A DNA stretch of 64,000 bases from an uncultured Actinomycetes bacterium (GCA_963729195.1 CAVSNF010000025.1:192287-256286); one strand, 5' to 3'; shown: positions 40,475 to 51,436, counted from the first letter of the stretch. Notes: a model not told the origin generated them from the sequence alone. Numbers and translations are program-made.

Positions 40475-41159
40475 ACCCCACGGTGAGGAGGGTGAGGCCG
40501 TGGGGCGGGGCGGTGCGGCCGGCGGCGGAGCGGGGCGCGCCGGCGGCCAGGCGCAGGAACAGGTCGGGGTCGGGCCGCTCCAGCATCGTCCCCATCACCA
40601 CCCGCACCATGTGGCGCAGAAACGAGTCGGCGGTGATGTGGAACTCGAGCCGGTCATCCACCCTGCGCCACTCCGCCTCATACACGGTGCGCTCGAAGTA
40701 GGTGTGCTTGGTCTCGCTGGGCGTAAACGCGCTGAAGTCGTGCTTTCCCACCAGCGCCGCGGCGCACGCCGACAGCACGTCCAGGTCGATCCGGTGGGGA
40801 TGGTGAAGCTCGAACCGGCGGCGCAGCGGATCGGCCACCCGGCCCGGGTTGATGCGATAGACGTAGCTGCGCGAGCGGGCCTGCGCGCGAGCGTCGAAGC
40901 CCGGCGCCTCGGCCACCGCGGTGACCGCCACGTCGGGCGGCAGCCGCGAGCTGATCGCCTGGGCCGGCAACAGCCGCGGCAACGCCACCGAGACGACGTT
41001 TGCGGCAGCGTGCACGCCCTTGTCGGTGCGCCCCGCGACCGACAACTCCGCCGGCTCGACGGCCAGCGCCTCGGCCAGCACGCCGCAGACAGTCCGCAAC
41101 CCCGGCTGCACCGCCCACCCGGAGAACTCGGTGCCGTCGTAGGCGACGGTCAGCCGCAG
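40467..41159 (-). CDS. truA: tRNA pseudouridine(38-40) synthase TruA
   Basis: ORF 40467..41225: RLTVAYDGTEFSGW...GRTDKGVHA. The family N-terminus begins at CTG 41159, just after the rplQ stop. The only canonical start (ATG 41225) would overlap rplQ by 65 nt. Confidence 0.85.
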   Translation of the reverse strand: MRLTVAYDGTEFSGWAVQPGLRTVCGVLAEALAVEPAELSVAGRTDKGVHAAANVVSVALPRLLPAQAISSRLPPDVAVTAVAEAPGFDARAQARSRSYVYRINPGRVADPLRRRFELHHPHRIDLDVLSACAAALVGKHDFSAFTPSETKHTYFERTVYEAEWRRVDDRLEFHITADSFLRHMVRVVMGTMLERPDPDLFLRLAAGAPRSAAGRTAPPHGLTLLTVGYE

Positions 41160-41160
41160 A

Positions 41161-41529
41161 TCAAGGCTGGTGGTCGACGAACTCCAAGTACACCATCGGG
41201 GCGGCGTCGCCCTGACGGGGGCCAAGCTTGACGATGCGGGTGTAGCCGCCGGGCCGCTCCGTGAACCGGGGAGCGACCTGGTGGAACAGGTTGTGAACCG
41301 CGTCCTTGGAACGCAGGAAGGCGACCGCCTGACGCTGGGCCTGCACGTCGGTTGCGTCCTTGCGCGCCAGCGTGATCAGCTTCTCGGCGATCGGCCGCAG
41401 CTCCTTGGCCTTGGCCTCGGTGGTGCGAATCCGGCCATGCTCGAACAAGGCGCCCGCCATGTTCGAGAAGAGCGCCTTGCGGTGCGAGGCGTCGCGGCCC
41501 AGCTTCCGTCCTTTGCGCTGATGCCTCAC
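41161..41529 (-). CDS. rplQ: 50S ribosomal protein L17
   Basis: ORF track: [24 protein letters not shown]... Confidence 0.95.
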   Translation of the reverse strand: MRHQRKGRKLGRDASHRKALFSNMAGALFEHGRIRTTEAKAKELRPIAEKLITLARKDATDVQAQRQAVAFLRSKDAVHNLFHQVAPRFTERPGGYTRIVKLGPRQGDAAPMVYLEFVDHQP

Positions 41530-42473
41530 TCAGACCCCTTCAAGTTGAGCCCGTGAGTGGCCAGCGTCTCCTTCACCTCTTCGATCGACTTCTTACCGAA
41601 GTTGGGGATGGCGGCCAGCTCGGCCTCGCTCTTGGCCAGCAGGTCGCCGATCGTCTCGATGCCGACGCGCTTGAGGCAGTTGTAGCTGCGCACACCCAGC
41701 TCGAGCTCCTCGATCAGGATGTTCTCCATCCCATGGGCGCTGGGAGCAGCCGCCTCGGCGCCGGTCGTCTCCGGCCGCAAGGCCAGATCGGCAGCGTCGA
41801 TATCGGTGAAGATCGACAGGTACTTGATCAGCAGCTCAGCCGCATCCTTGACCGCGTCCTTGGGCGTCATCGAGCCGTCGGTGGTGATCTGCAGCTTGAG
41901 CTTGTCGAAGTCGGTGCGCTGACCGACGCGAGCCGGGTCAACGTCGTACTGGACACGCCGAACAGGCGAGAAGATCGAGTCGACCGGGATCACGCCGATG
42001 GTGGTCTCGGGGCCCTTGTTGCCCTCGGCCGGCACGTAGCCGCGGCCGCGGGCGATGGTCAGCGTCATCTCGAACCGAGCACCCTCGGCCAGATGGCAGA
42101 TGACCAGGTCGGGATTGAGGATCTCGAGATCGGCCGGGGCCTCGATGTCAGAGGCCTTGACCGTGCCGGGACCGTCCTTCTGCACCTGCACCTCGACCTC
42201 GCCCGACTCGCCGTGCAGGCGGCAGATGAGGCCCTTGAGGTTGAGGATGACATCGATCACGTCCTCGCGCACGCCGGGCACCGACGTGAACTCGTGGGCG
42301 ACGCCTTCGATCTTGACCGACGTGACGGCGGCCCCCTCAAGTGACGACAGGAGCACCCGCCTCAGGCTATTGCCGAAGGTGTAGCCGAAGCCGCGATCAA
42401 GCGGCTCGACGACGAAGGTGCCGATCGTCTGATCAGCATCTTCGGAGGTGATCTTGGGAATGAAATCAAGCAT
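41526..42473 (-). CDS. rpoA: DNA-directed RNA polymerase subunit alpha
   Basis: ORF track, 315 aa: ...[30 protein letters not shown]... Confidence 0.95.
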   Translation of the reverse strand: MLDFIPKITSEDADQTIGTFVVEPLDRGFGYTFGNSLRRVLLSSLEGAAVTSVKIEGVAHEFTSVPGVREDVIDVILNLKGLICRLHGESGEVEVQVQKDGPGTVKASDIEAPADLEILNPDLVICHLAEGARFEMTLTIARGRGYVPAEGNKGPETTIGVIPVDSIFSPVRRVQYDVDPARVGQRTDFDKLKLQITTDGSMTPKDAVKDAAELLIKYLSIFTDIDAADLALRPETTGAEAAAPSAHGMENILIEELELGVRSYNCLKRVGIETIGDLLAKSEAELAAIPNFGKKSIEEVKETLATHGLNLKGSE

Positions 42474-42539
42474 GTGTGCGGACTCGCTTCTGTCGGAACA
42501 CGCGCCCCCGGGCCGATCCCGGGCGGCGTGAATATCGGA

Positions 42540-43160
42540 TCACTTGCTGTAGTACTCGACGATCAGCTGCTCCTGCACCGGAGTGTCGATGTCGACCCGG
42601 TCCGGCAGTCGCAGCACCACGCCGGTGAGATTGTCGTGATCGGCCTGAAGCCACGGGGCAACCGACGCCGTCAGGTCGGTGGCGTCGGTCACGACGCTCT
42701 TGGCGGGAGACCCCACCCGCAGACTGATCACGTCTTCCGGTGCCACCTGGTAGGAGGGAATGTTGACCTTCTTGCCGTTGACCACGAAATGGTTATGCCG
42801 CACCAGCTGGCGGGCCTGGGTGCGCGACGCCGCAAAGCCCAGCCGGTAGACGACGTTGTCGAGCCGCATCTCAAGCATCCGCAGGAAGTTCTCGCCGGTG
42901 ATCCCGCTGCGCTTGGAAGACTTCTCGTAGTAGGTGCGAAACTGGCTCTCGAGCACACCGTAGTAGCGGCGCATCTTCTGCTTCTCGCGCAGCTGCAAGA
43001 GGTACTCGGACTGCTTGATGCGGCCGCGGCCGTGCTCACCGGGCGGATAGGCCCGGCGCTCGATCGCGCACTTCTCGGTGAGGCAGCGCTCACCCTTCAA
43101 GAACAGCTTCATGTTCTCGCGCCGGCACTGCTTGCACTTGGGGGCGATCATCCGGGCCAT
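42540..43160 (-). CDS. rpsD: 30S ribosomal protein S4
   Basis: Internal ATG 43160 of ORF 42540..43421: [26 protein letters not shown]... One-nt overlap (TAATG) with rpsK. Confidence 0.95.
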   Translation of the reverse strand: MARMIAPKCKQCRRENMKLFLKGERCLTEKCAIERRAYPPGEHGRGRIKQSEYLLQLREKQKMRRYYGVLESQFRTYYEKSSKRSGITGENFLRMLEMRLDNVVYRLGFAASRTQARQLVRHNHFVVNGKKVNIPSYQVAPEDVISLRVGSPAKSVVTDATDLTASVAPWLQADHDNLTGVVLRLPDRVDIDTPVQEQLIVEYYSK

Positions 43161-43567
43161 TAGACGCGCCGTCGCTTTCGCTGTCGCACGCCGTTGTGTG
43201 CCTGAGGGGTGACGTCCTTGACACCGAGAATCTCCAGCCCCGCCGCCTGCAGCGAGCGGATCGCCGTCTCGCGCCCCGAACCGGGCCCCTTGACGAACAC
43301 CTCGACCTTCTGCAGACCGTGCTCCATGCCCTCGCGCGCAGCCGCGTCGGCGGTCACCTGAGCGGCGAACGGCGTCGACTTGCGCGAGCCCTTGAAGCCC
43401 ACCGCGCCGGCGCTCTTCCACACGATCACTCCGCCGTCCTTATCGGTCAGCGCGACAAGGGTGTTGTTGAACGACGTCTTGATGTGCGCCTGGCCGATGG
43501 CGATGTTTTTGCGGGCCTTGCGGCGTACCCGTCCTCGGGTGCCGCCTCTGCGTGGTGCTGGAGGCAT
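43160..43567 (-). CDS. rpsK: 30S ribosomal protein S11
   Basis: ORF track: ...[21 protein letters not shown]... Confidence 0.95.
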   Translation of the reverse strand: MPPAPRRGGTRGRVRRKARKNIAIGQAHIKTSFNNTLVALTDKDGGVIVWKSAGAVGFKGSRKSTPFAAQVTADAAAREGMEHGLQKVEVFVKGPGSGRETAIRSLQAAGLEILGVKDVTPQAHNGVRQRKRRRV

Positions 43568-43582
43568 TCAGTCCTTTCCTGA

Positions 43583-43957
43583 CTACTTCTTGGCGCGCTG
43601 CTTACCGACGGTCTTCTTGGGCCCCTTACGGGTTCGCGCGTTGGTCTTCGTGCGCTGTCCATGCACGGGCAGACCACGGCGATGCCTCAGACCGCGGTAA
43701 CAACCGATTTCCATAAGTCGCTTGATGTTCTGGGAGCGCTCCCGGCGCAGGTCACCTTCGACCATCAGCTCGGAGTCGATGTGATTGCGCAGGCGGGCGA
43801 CCTCTTCTTCGGTCAGGTCGCGCACCTTGGTGTCGGGGTTGAGGTCGAGCTCCTTCAAAACTTTGTTGGACGTCGAACGACCAATCCCGAAGATGTAGGT
43901 GAGACCGATCTCCACCCGCTTTTCACGGGGAATGTTGACGCCGGCGATGCGCGCCAT
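43583..43957 (-). CDS. rpsM: 30S ribosomal protein S13
   Basis: ORF track: [26 protein letters not shown]... Confidence 0.95.
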   Translation of the reverse strand: MARIAGVNIPREKRVEIGLTYIFGIGRSTSNKVLKELDLNPDTKVRDLTEEEVARLRNHIDSELMVEGDLRRERSQNIKRLMEIGCYRGLRHRRGLPVHGQRTKTNARTRKGPKKTVGKQRAKK

Positions 43958-44070
43958 CAGCCCTGCCTCTGCTTATGCCGAGGGTTGGTGCAGATGACCA
44001 GCACGTTGCCGTGGCGGCGGATGATGCGGCACTTTTCACACATGCGACGTACGCTCGGTCGAACCTTCAA
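43957..44070 (-). CDS. rpmJ: 50S ribosomal protein L36 (37 aa); not in the ORF track
   Basis: My translation from TTG 44070: (M)[40 protein letters not shown] overlap with rpsM. SD GGAGG upstream. Confidence 0.9.
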   Translation of the reverse strand: MKVRPSVRRMCEKCRIIRRHGNVLVICTNPRHKQRQG

Positions 44071-44146
44071 CGAGGGGCCTCCGATTGAAAGGATGATCGC
44101 CCACGGGGCACGCCAAAGCGGCCCGCGCGAGCAGCGAAGAACTCTA

Positions 44147-44920
44147 TCATTGACCGCTCGTTTCCTGCACCGGTACCCGTCGAGTCAGCACCCGGGGACC
44201 GTTCTTGGTGATGGCCACGGTGTGCTCGCAATGAGCCGCCAGGCTGCCGTCGCGGGTGTAGATCGCCCAGCCGTCGTCGCCGCCCTCAACGTCGTAGTCG
44301 CCCACCGTGATCATCGGCTCGATCGCAAACACCATGCCCTCGGCCAGCTTGGGGCCGCGGCCGGGAGGGCCGTAGTTGGGGATCTGCGGCTCCTCATGCA
44401 TGGTTCGGCCGACGCCGTGGCCGACCAGCGTGCGCACCACGCCGAAGCCGCGCTCTTCCACCACGGATTGCACCGCGTGGGAGATATCGCCCAAGCGGTT
44501 ACCGGCGCGGCACTGCTCGATGGCCGCCTCCAGCCCCGCATAGCAGGCGTCGATCAGGTCGTTGGCCTCAGGCGTGCCCTCGCCGATGGTGATGGTGATG
44601 GCCGAGTCGGCCACGAAGCCGTCCAGGGTCACCCCCACGTCGAGCGAGAGCAGATCGCCGGGCTTGAGCGCGTAGGGGCCGGGGATGCCGTGCACCACCA
44701 TCGCGTTTGGCGATGCGCAGATCGATCCGGGGAACCCCCGGAAGCCCTTGAACGACGGTACTCCACCGCGGCTGCGGATGTGGGCCTCGGCCAGCTCGTC
44801 CAGTGCCAGCAGCGTCACGCCCGGCTGGGCTTCGCGCTCGAGCAGGGTGAGCGTCTCGGCCACCACCTCGCCGGCTCGGGCCATCGTCTCGACCTCGCGG
44901 TCTGACTTGCGAATGATCAT
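44147..44920 (-). CDS. map: Type I methionyl aminopeptidase
   Basis: Internal ATG 44920 of ORF 44147..45052: [17 protein letters not shown]...HGIPG...DVGV...HGVG... ATGA overlap with adk. Confidence 0.95.
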   Translation of the reverse strand: MIIRKSDREVETMARAGEVVAETLTLLEREAQPGVTLLALDELAEAHIRSRGGVPSFKGFRGFPGSICASPNAMVVHGIPGPYALKPGDLLSLDVGVTLDGFVADSAITITIGEGTPEANDLIDACYAGLEAAIEQCRAGNRLGDISHAVQSVVEERGFGVVRTLVGHGVGRTMHEEPQIPNYGPPGRGPKLAEGMVFAIEPMITVGDYDVEGGDDGWAIYTRDGSLAAHCEHTVAITKNGPRVLTRRVPVQETSGQ

Positions 44921-45582
44921 CCGTTCCTCAGCTTCAACACGATCGCGTCGACCTCGGTGGCCACCTGATCGGCGGGCTTTCCGGCATCGACGTCGGTCAC
45001 CAGGCCCCGCTCGCGGTAGTAGCTGAGCACCGGAGCGGCCGCCTCGACCCACTGCTTCTGATAGCGCGATCGGATCACCTCGGGCTTGTCATCCTCGCGC
45101 TGGTACAGCTCAGAGCCGTCGATGTCGCACACACCGGGCGTGGTCGGCGGCTTGGACTCGAGGTGGTAGACATGCTCGGCCTCGCGGCAGACGGCGCGAC
45201 CTGACAACCGCGAGACCAGCTGCTCCAGCTCAACGTCGAATGCCAGCACCTGAGAGATCCCGCGATGCAGCCCTTGGAGCATCTCGTCCAGCGACGCGGC
45301 CTGGGCCTCGGTGCGGGGAAAGCCGTCCAGCAGAAACCCATGAGAGGTGTCGTCGTGCTCCAGCCGGTCGCGGATCAGCCCGATCATGACGTCGTCGGGC
45401 ACCAGATCGCCGCGAGCCATGATCTCCTTGGCCTGAAGACCGAGCGGGGTACCCGCCCGCACCGCAGAGCGCAGGATGTCGCCGGTGGCGATGTGATCCA
45501 TCTCGAGCTGGTCCACCAGCCGCTGTGCCTGAGTGCCCTTGCCCGCTCCCGGCGGCCCCATGAGAATCAAGTCGAGCGGCAT
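44917..45582 (-). CDS. adk: Adenylate kinase
   Basis: ORF track: LILMGPPGAGKGTQAQRL...FLLDGFPRT. Confidence 0.95.
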   Translation of the reverse strand: MPLDLILMGPPGAGKGTQAQRLVDQLEMDHIATGDILRSAVRAGTPLGLQAKEIMARGDLVPDDVMIGLIRDRLEHDDTSHGFLLDGFPRTEAQAASLDEMLQGLHRGISQVLAFDVELEQLVSRLSGRAVCREAEHVYHLESKPPTTPGVCDIDGSELYQREDDKPEVIRSRYQKQWVEAAAPVLSYYRERGLVTDVDAGKPADQVATEVDAIVLKLRNG

Positions 45583-45586
45583 GTAA

Positions 45587-46869
45587 CTACTTCAAGAAGC
45601 CCTGATAGGAACGCTGAGCCAGCTGCGCCTCGATCTGGCGCATGGTGTCGATGGCAACGCCCACGACGATCAGCACCGTGGTGCCGCCCAGCGCCCGCGA
45701 GGTCGCCTGTGAGAACCCGCCGTAGCGGATGAAGAGCGACGGCAGCACCGCCACCGCGGCCAGGAACGCGCCGCCGGCCACGGTCAGCCGCACCAGCACC
45801 GACTCCAAATACTGGGCCGTGGGTCTGCCCGGACGGATGCCGGGAATGAAACCTCCGGCCTTCTTCAGGTTGTCGGCCTGCTCGATCGAGTTGAACACCA
45901 CCGCCACGTAGAAGAACGTGAAGGCAAAGATCAAGAAGCGCCTCTCCCAGCAGGAACGGCCAGCCGCCGGGTGAGAAGAACGCCGCCATATCGTGGGCCA
46001 CGTTGAACGGCATCAGCTGGGCAATCGTGGCCGGGAAGGCCATGATGGCAGCGGCGAAGATCACCGGGATCACGCCCGCCATGTTGATCCGCAGCGGCAG
46101 GTAGGTCGACCCGCCGGAGGTCATCCGGCGACCCACCATGCGCTTGGCGTACTGGATCGGGATCTTGCGGATGCCCTCCTGCACGTACACCACCGCCAGC
46201 ACGATCAAGAAGATCACGACCGGCAGAGACAGCTTCTCGAAGCTCGAGCCGTTCCACCAAGCGTTGATGGCCGCCGGTGCGCTGGTCAGGATCGAGGCGA
46301 AGATCAGCAGCGACATGCCGTTGCCGATGCCGCGCTGGGTGACCAGCTCGCCCATCCACATCAGCATGGTGGCGCCCACCGTGAGCGTCATGGTCACCAG
46401 AATCACGTTGCCGGTGTTGAAGGTCACCAGGCTGCCGGTGGTGCCGGAGGTGCCCAGCGCGCCCGAGTGGAACGCATAGGTGTAGCCCAGCCCCTGCAGC
46501 GCCGCCAGGGCGACGGTCAGATAGCGGGTGTACTGCGTGATCCGGCGCTGGCCGAGCTCGCCTTCCTTCTGCAGCGCCTGGAGGTTGGTCGACACCGGCG
46601 TCAGCACCTGCAGGATGATCGAGGCCGTGATGTAGGGCATGATCCCCAGCGCAAACAGGCTCAGCCGCGACAACCCGCCGCCGGAGAACACCGACAGCAG
46701 GCTGTAGATCCCGCCCTGGTTGGCCAGCGAGCTGGCCAGCGCCGAGGAGTCGACGCCCGGAGAGGGGATGAAGCTGCCGAACCGGTAGACAGCCAAGAAT
46801 GAACGCCGTGAACAGCAGCTTCGTGCGAAGCTCGGGCGTTCTCCATGCATTGACGAGTGTTGCCAGCAT
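45587..46869 (-). CDS. secY: Preprotein translocase subunit SecY, frame broken twice
   Basis: Three frames: ATG 46869 MLATLVNAWRTPELRTKLLFTAFIL; 46850-frame AVYRFGSFIPSPGVD...MAGVIPVIFA...; 45587..45934 IFAFTFFYVAVVFN...GGFIPGIRPGRPT... Frames join near 46793 and 45935. Confidence 0.9.
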
Positions 46870-46878
46870 CAGGCCTGC

Positions 46879-47532
46879 CTAGGAAGCGTCGGGGTCAGTC
46901 TCAGCCTCGGATTCGGGTGCGTCCGCCTCGGATACGGGCGGCGCCTCGACTTCGGTTTCGGGCTCGGGATCGGGCTGGGCGGCGGCCGGCGCAGTCGCGG
47001 CCGGCTGCTCGTCGGAAGCGGTCGGGGGACCGCCGAACGGGATCACCGTGGCAGTGCCGCCGGCGCCCTCGATCAGCTCGATCGCGTGCTTGGAGAACTT
47101 GTGGGCGCGCACCGTCAGCTTCTTGTCCAGCTCGCCGGAGCCGAGGATCTTGATCGGGTGGCGCAGGTGCTTGATCACGCCGGCGGCCTTCAGCAGCTCG
47201 GGGGTGACCTCCACGCCTGCGTCGAACCGCTCCAGGTCGCGCACGTTCACGGGGATCGTGTGCGTACGAAACGGCCCCATCGGCATCGACTTCTTGTGGT
47301 TGGGCCCACGCAGCTTGCCCAGGCGCATGTAGAGCGGCATCTGGCCGCCCTCAAAGCCGGGACGCATGTTGTGGCTGCCCGAGCGGGACTTCTGGCCCTT
47401 CTGACCGCGGCCGGAGGTCTTGCCCGTGCCAGAGCCCGCGCCGCGCCCGACGCGCTTGCGGGGGCGATGGCTGCCTTCAGCCGGCTTCAGTTCGTGCAGC
47501 GTCAGTCCGGGTGTGGTGTCTTCGGGGCTCAC
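46879..47532 (-). CDS. rplO: 50S ribosomal protein L15 with a ~70-aa acidic Pro/Ala/Glu C-terminal tail
   Basis: ORF track, 217 aa: ...RVGRGAGSGTGKTSGRGQKGQKSRSG... Tail: PPTASDEQPAATAPAAAQPDPEPETEVEAPP... Confidence 0.9.
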   Translation of the reverse strand: MSPEDTTPGLTLHELKPAEGSHRPRKRVGRGAGSGTGKTSGRGQKGQKSRSGSHNMRPGFEGGQMPLYMRLGKLRGPNHKKSMPMGPFRTHTIPVNVRDLERFDAGVEVTPELLKAAGVIKHLRHPIKILGSGELDKKLTVRAHKFSKHAIELIEGAGGTATVIPFGGPPTASDEQPAATAPAAAQPDPEPETEVEAPPVSEADAPESEAETDPDAS

Positions 47533-47714
47533 TCAGCCACTTCCTCAATGATGATCAGGTGATTGACCTTGCGCAGCATTCCCTGCAGCGCAGGCGAGTC
47601 CTCATGGGTGACGCTGGCCGAGATCCGGCGCAGACCGAGGGCGCGCATGGTGCCACGGTGCTCGGGTTTGGTGCGGATGGTTCCGCGTACCTGGGTGATC
47701 TTCAGCTTCGCCAT
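47529..47714 (-). CDS. rpmD: 50S ribosomal protein L30
   Basis: ORF track: [31 protein letters not shown]... Confidence 0.95.
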   Translation of the reverse strand: MAKLKITQVRGTIRTKPEHRGTMRALGLRRISASVTHEDSPALQGMLRKVNHLIIIEEVAE

Positions 47715-48643
47715 CAGGCTTCCTCTGCCTCCGCGGGAGCGTCTTCAGCCGCGGGAGCCTCTTCCTCAGCGGCGGGCGCGGCCTCTTCGGCGGCGGGCTC
47801 TTCAGCAGCGGGCTCTTCGGCGGGCTCCTCAGCAACCGGCTCCTCGGCGGGAGCTTCCTCCACGGCTGCCTCCTCGGCGGCGGGAGCCGGCTCTTCGACG
47901 GCCTCCGGCTCGGGAGCCGCAGCGGCCTCCTCCTCAACCACCTCAGGCGGAGCCGACGCCGCAGCGGCGGCCTTGGCGCGAGCCTTCTTGGAGAGCTTCT
48001 TGGCCGCGGGCGGGGCGGGCTTCACCTCGGGTCGGGCGGGCGCCTCGGCAACCACTGCCACAGCCGCCGCCTCGGCAGCAGCCTCAGCCTGGCCGCGCTC
48101 GGCGACCACCTCGGAGTGAGGCTTGATCACCTCGCGCACTTCCTTGCCGCGCAGCTTGGCCAGATCCTCCGGCCGCTTCAGGCCCTGGAGGCCGGCGACC
48201 GTCGCCATCAACAGGTTGATCGGGTTGGCCGTGCCCAGAGACTTGGCCAGGATGTCGCGAACTCCACCCAGCTCGAGCACCGCCCGCACGCCGGCGCCGG
48301 CGATCACGCCGGTACCCTCGGAAGCGGGCTTCAGCAGCACCTGACCGGCGCCGTAACGGCCCACGATCTGGTGGGTGATGGTGTTCTTGTATTTCGGGAT
48401 CTGGAACATGTTCTTCTTCGCGTCCTCGACGGCCTTGGAGATCGCCGACGGCACCTCGTTGGCCTTGCCGTAGCCGACGCCGACATGGTCGACCTCATCG
48501 CCCACGACCACCAGCGCGGTGAACGAGAACCGCCGGCCGCCCTTGACCACCTTGGCGACGCGGTTGATCTTGACCACGCGCTCCTGCAACTCGCGCCCAC
48601 CCTCGGGCTGCGGGCCTCGTGCTGTCTGAGAAGTTCGGGCCAA
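47714..48643 (-). CDS. rpsE: 30S ribosomal protein S5 with a ~140-aa Ala/Glu/Pro C-terminal tail
   Basis: ORF track, 309 aa: ...[27 protein letters not shown]... Tail: ...[33 protein letters not shown]... Confidence 0.9.
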   Translation of the reverse strand: MARTSQTARGPQPEGGRELQERVVKINRVAKVVKGGRRFSFTALVVVGDEVDHVGVGYGKANEVPSAISKAVEDAKKNMFQIPKYKNTITHQIVGRYGAGQVLLKPASEGTGVIAGAGVRAVLELGGVRDILAKSLGTANPINLLMATVAGLQGLKRPEDLAKLRGKEVREVIKPHSEVVAERGQAEAAAEAAAVAVVAEAPARPEVKPAPPAAKKLSKKARAKAAAAASAPPEVVEEEAAAAPEPEAVEEPAPAAEEAAVEEAPAEEPVAEEPAEEPAAEEPAAEEAAPAAEEEAPAAEDAPAEAEEA

Positions 48644-48646
48644 GGG

Positions 48647-49000
48647 TTAAAACTCCAATCCAGATTCGCGGGCGGCCTCTGCAAGCGCCTTGACACGGCC
48701 GTGATACAGGTACCCGCCGCGGTCGAATACACAAGTCTTGACGCCGGCCGACTGGGCGCGCTCGCCCAGCAGCTTGCCGACGGCCGCGGGGGCATCCCCG
48801 CGCTTTACCTTGGCCAGATCCTTCTCCTGGCTGGAGGCCGCCGCGAGCGTGTGGCCGGCGGCGTCGTCGATCATCTGGGCAGCGATCCCGCGGTTGGAGC
48901 GGTAGACCGCCAGCCGCGGCCGATCGGCGGTGCCGGTGATCTTCTTTCGCACCCGCTGGTGCCGGCTCTTGCGCGCCTGTGCTTTTGTCTTGACCGCCAC
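48647..49000 (-). CDS. rplR: 50S ribosomal protein L18
   Basis: ORF track: ...[20 protein letters not shown]... Confidence 0.95.
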   Translation of the reverse strand: MAVKTKAQARKSRHQRVRKKITGTADRPRLAVYRSNRGIAAQMIDDAAGHTLAAASSQEKDLAKVKRGDAPAAVGKLLGERAQSAGVKTCVFDRGGYLYHGRVKALAEAARESGLEF

Positions 49001-49533
49001 TATGCCCTCTTTCCGACCTTCAACTGAACGCGCTCGCCCTCATACCGGACGCCCTTGCCCTTGTACGGCTCGGGTGGCCGCCACTTACGAATCTGGGCCG
49101 CGATCTCACCGACCTGCTGCTTGGAGATGCCGCGCACGATCACCTGTGTGGGAGCCGGCACGTCGAAGGTGATTCCCTCCGGGGCCGAAACCTTGACCGG
49201 ATGGCTGAACCCCAGCTGCATCTCCAGGTCTGAGCCGCGCAACGCCGCGCGGTAGCCGACGCCCTGGATCTCGAGGCGGCGCTCATACCCATCGGTGACA
49301 CCGATCACCATGTTGGCGACCAGCGACCGAGTCAGCCCGTGCAACGCGCGATGATCGCTGCGATCGCTGGGCCGGCTGACGCGCAGCACACCGTCCTCGG
49401 CGACCACCGTGATGTCGGGCGAGATGCGCTCCTCGAGGGTGCCCTTGGGCCCCTTGACCGAGACGGTGCCGGGCCGGATGTCGACCTCGACACCGGCGGG
49501 CACTGGGATGGGTTTTCTACCGATACGACTCAT
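49000..49533 (-). CDS. rplF: 50S ribosomal protein L6
   Basis: ORF track: [19 protein letters not shown]... Confidence 0.95.
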   Translation of the reverse strand: MSRIGRKPIPVPAGVEVDIRPGTVSVKGPKGTLEERISPDITVVAEDGVLRVSRPSDRSDHRALHGLTRSLVANMVIGVTDGYERRLEIQGVGYRAALRGSDLEMQLGFSHPVKVSAPEGITFDVPAPTQVIVRGISKQQVGEIAAQIRKWRPPEPYKGKGVRYEGERVQLKVGKRA

Positions 49534-49536
49534 GAT

Positions 49537-49932
49537 TCACCACACGTAGCACAGCACTTCGCCACCGACGCCCAGCTCCTGGGCAGTACGGCCGGTGACA
49601 ACGCCGTTTGAGGTCGAAAGAATTGCAACGCCCATGCCGCCCAACACGCGGTGGGGCCGATCCTTGCGGGCATACACACGCCGGCCGGGCTTGGAGATGC
49701 GCTTCAGACCCGAGATCACGCGCTCACGGCTGGAGCCGTATCGCAGCGTCACCACCAGGGTGTCGTGCACCTCGCCCTTGGACACGTTGTAGCCGTCGAT
49801 ATAGCCCTCCTCCTGGAGGATTCGGGCGATTTCCTTCTTCATCCCAGACGCGGGCATCTCGACACGCTCATGCAGCGCCTGGTTGGCGTTGCGAATCCGC
49901 GTCAGCATGTCCCCAATCGGGTCAGTAACCAT
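49537..49932 (-). CDS. rpsH: 30S ribosomal protein S8
   Basis: ORF track: [19 protein letters not shown]... Confidence 0.95.
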   Translation of the reverse strand: MVTDPIGDMLTRIRNANQALHERVEMPASGMKKEIARILQEEGYIDGYNVSKGEVHDTLVVTLRYGSSRERVISGLKRISKPGRRVYARKDRPHRVLGGMGVAILSTSNGVVTGRTAQELGVGGEVLCYVW

Positions 49933-49941
49933 GACCGCTCC

Positions 49942-50127
49942 TCACCAGCTGCTCTTCGTCATGCCAGGAATCACGCCCTGGTGTGCAAGCTCGCGCAGAC
50001 AGATGCGACACACGCCGAACTTCCGGTAATAGGCACGCGAACGGCCGCAGCGGCCGCAGCGTGAATACGCGCGGGTCTTGTACTTCGCCGGCCTCGCCTG
50101 CTTGACTCTGAGTGCTTCCTTTGCCAT
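49942..50127 (-). CDS. rpsN: 30S ribosomal protein S14 type Z (zinc-binding)
   Basis: ORF track, 61 aa, with CGRCGR...CRICLRE. Confidence 0.95.
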   Translation of the reverse strand: MAKEALRVKQARPAKYKTRAYSRCGRCGRSRAYYRKFGVCRICLRELAHQGVIPGMTKSSW

Positions 50128-50146
50128 CCGTCCTCGTTCCTCTTTC

Positions 50147-50707
50147 CTAGCCTGAGAAAGGCATTCCCAGGGCGCGCAGCAGCTCGCGTGCCTGCTCGTC
50201 GTCTGGAGCCGTGGTCGTAATCACGATGTTGAGCCCACGCACGTCGGTAACGTCGTCGTAGTTGATCTCGGGAAAGATCACCTGCTCGCGCACGCCCATG
50301 GCGAAGTTGCCACGGCCGTCGAACGAGCCCGGATTGATCCCCCGGAAGTCGCGGATTCGAGGCAGCGCGATCGTCATCAGACGATCCAAGAACTCATACA
50401 TGCGGTCGCCCCGCAGCGTCACCTTGCAGCCGATGGGCATGCCCTCACGCAGCTTGAAGCCTGCGATCGACTTGGTCGCGCGGGTGATCACCGGCCGCTG
50501 CCCGCTGATGATCGCGAGTTCCTCCTGGGCGCCGTCGAGCGCCTTGGAGTTCTCCTTGGCCTCGCCCACGCCCATGTTCAGGGTGACCTTGGTCACGCGC
50601 GGCACGGCCATCACCGACTTCAGCTCGAACCGCTCCATCAGCTGGTCGCGAACCTCGTCTTCATACCGGGTCTTGAGCCGGGGCGTGGGGACTTCGACTG
50701 TGCTCAT
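50147..50707 (-). CDS. rplE: 50S ribosomal protein L5
   Basis: ORF track: ...[15 protein letters not shown]... Confidence 0.95.
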   Translation of the reverse strand: MSTVEVPTPRLKTRYEDEVRDQLMERFELKSVMAVPRVTKVTLNMGVGEAKENSKALDGAQEELAIISGQRPVITRATKSIAGFKLREGMPIGCKVTLRGDRMYEFLDRLMTIALPRIRDFRGINPGSFDGRGNFAMGVREQVIFPEINYDDVTDVRGLNIVITTTAPDDEQARELLRALGMPFSG

Positions 50708-51066
50708 TTATCGATGTCCTGCTTGCATTTGCGACAGACACGCACCTTGTTTCCGTCCTTCTCGTTGATCCGATAGCCGACCCGGGTGGGCTGTCCGCAG
50801 GCCGGGCAGACGAGCGCCACGTTGGCGACATACAGCGGCGCCTCGCGCTCGATCACACCGCCGGGGATCACTCCCTGGGTACCGCTGCTGCGCGGTGCCG
50901 GCCGCGGCTTGGTGTGCCGCTTGATCATGTTGACCTTCTCGACCACCAGCCGGCGCTTCTCGGGGATCACGCTCTGGACCGTGCCGCGCTTGCCGGCGTC
51001 CTTGCCGGTCAGCACCTGGACGGAATCCCCAGTTCGGATCTTGATCTTTACCTTGGCCTTGGCCAC
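50704..51066 (-). CDS. rplX: 50S ribosomal protein L24
   Basis: ORF 50704..51096. GTG 51066 ([27 protein letters not shown]) sits just after the rplN stop. Confidence 0.9.
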   Translation of the reverse strand: MAKAKVKIKIRTGDSVQVLTGKDAGKRGTVQSVIPEKRRLVVEKVNMIKRHTKPRPAPRSSGTQGVIPGGVIEREAPLYVANVALVCPACGQPTRVGYRINEKDGNKVRVCRKCKQDIDK

Positions 51067-51067
51067 T

Positions 51068-51436
51068 TCAAAGCACCTCAGGAGCGAGAGAGACAATCTT
51101 CATGAAATTGCGTTCCCGCAACTCGCGCGCGACCGGCCCGAAGATGCGGGTGCCGCGAGGGTTGCGCTGAGCATCGATGATCACCGCCGCGTTCTCGTCA
51201 AAGGCGATGTAGGTACCGTCGTCGCGATGGTGTTGCTTGGTCGTACGCACCACCACCGCCGTGACCACCTCGCCCTTCTTGACGGTGCCGTTGGGGGTGG
51301 CCTGCTTGACGGTGCCCACGATGATATCTCCGACGCCCGCATAGCGGCGCCGGCTCCCCCCCTTGATGCGGATGCAAAGGAGCACGCGGGCGCCGGTGTT
51401 GTCGGCAACTCGCAGGCGGCTTTCCACCTGAATCAC
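51068..51436 (-). CDS. rplN: 50S ribosomal protein L14
   Basis: ORF track: [17 protein letters not shown]... Confidence 0.95.
   Translation of the reverse strand: MIQVESRLRVADNTGARVLLCIRIKGGSRRRYAGVGDIIVGTVKQATPNGTVKKGEVVTAVVVRTTKQHHRDDGTYIAFDENAAVIIDAQRNPRGTRIFGPVARELRERNFMKIVSLAPEVL

Noticed and set aside
45587-46869. Programmed ribosomal frameshifting or genuine pseudogenisation as the explanation for the split genes
   Set aside because: I saw no slippery heptamer or stimulatory structure at the joins. The breaks fall at short homopolymers, and the affected genes include essential single-copy ones. The rate of about 1 per 3 kb fits sequencing error.
47563-48126. Overlapping alternative-frame ORFs over the ribosomal-protein tails (47511..48119, 47563..48126, 47602..47937, 51929..52753, 51950..52768, 52891..53646, 53308..53868)
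   Set aside because: Every frame stays open in GC-rich low-complexity repeats. The ribosomal-protein frames are anchored by conserved cores and exact junctions.
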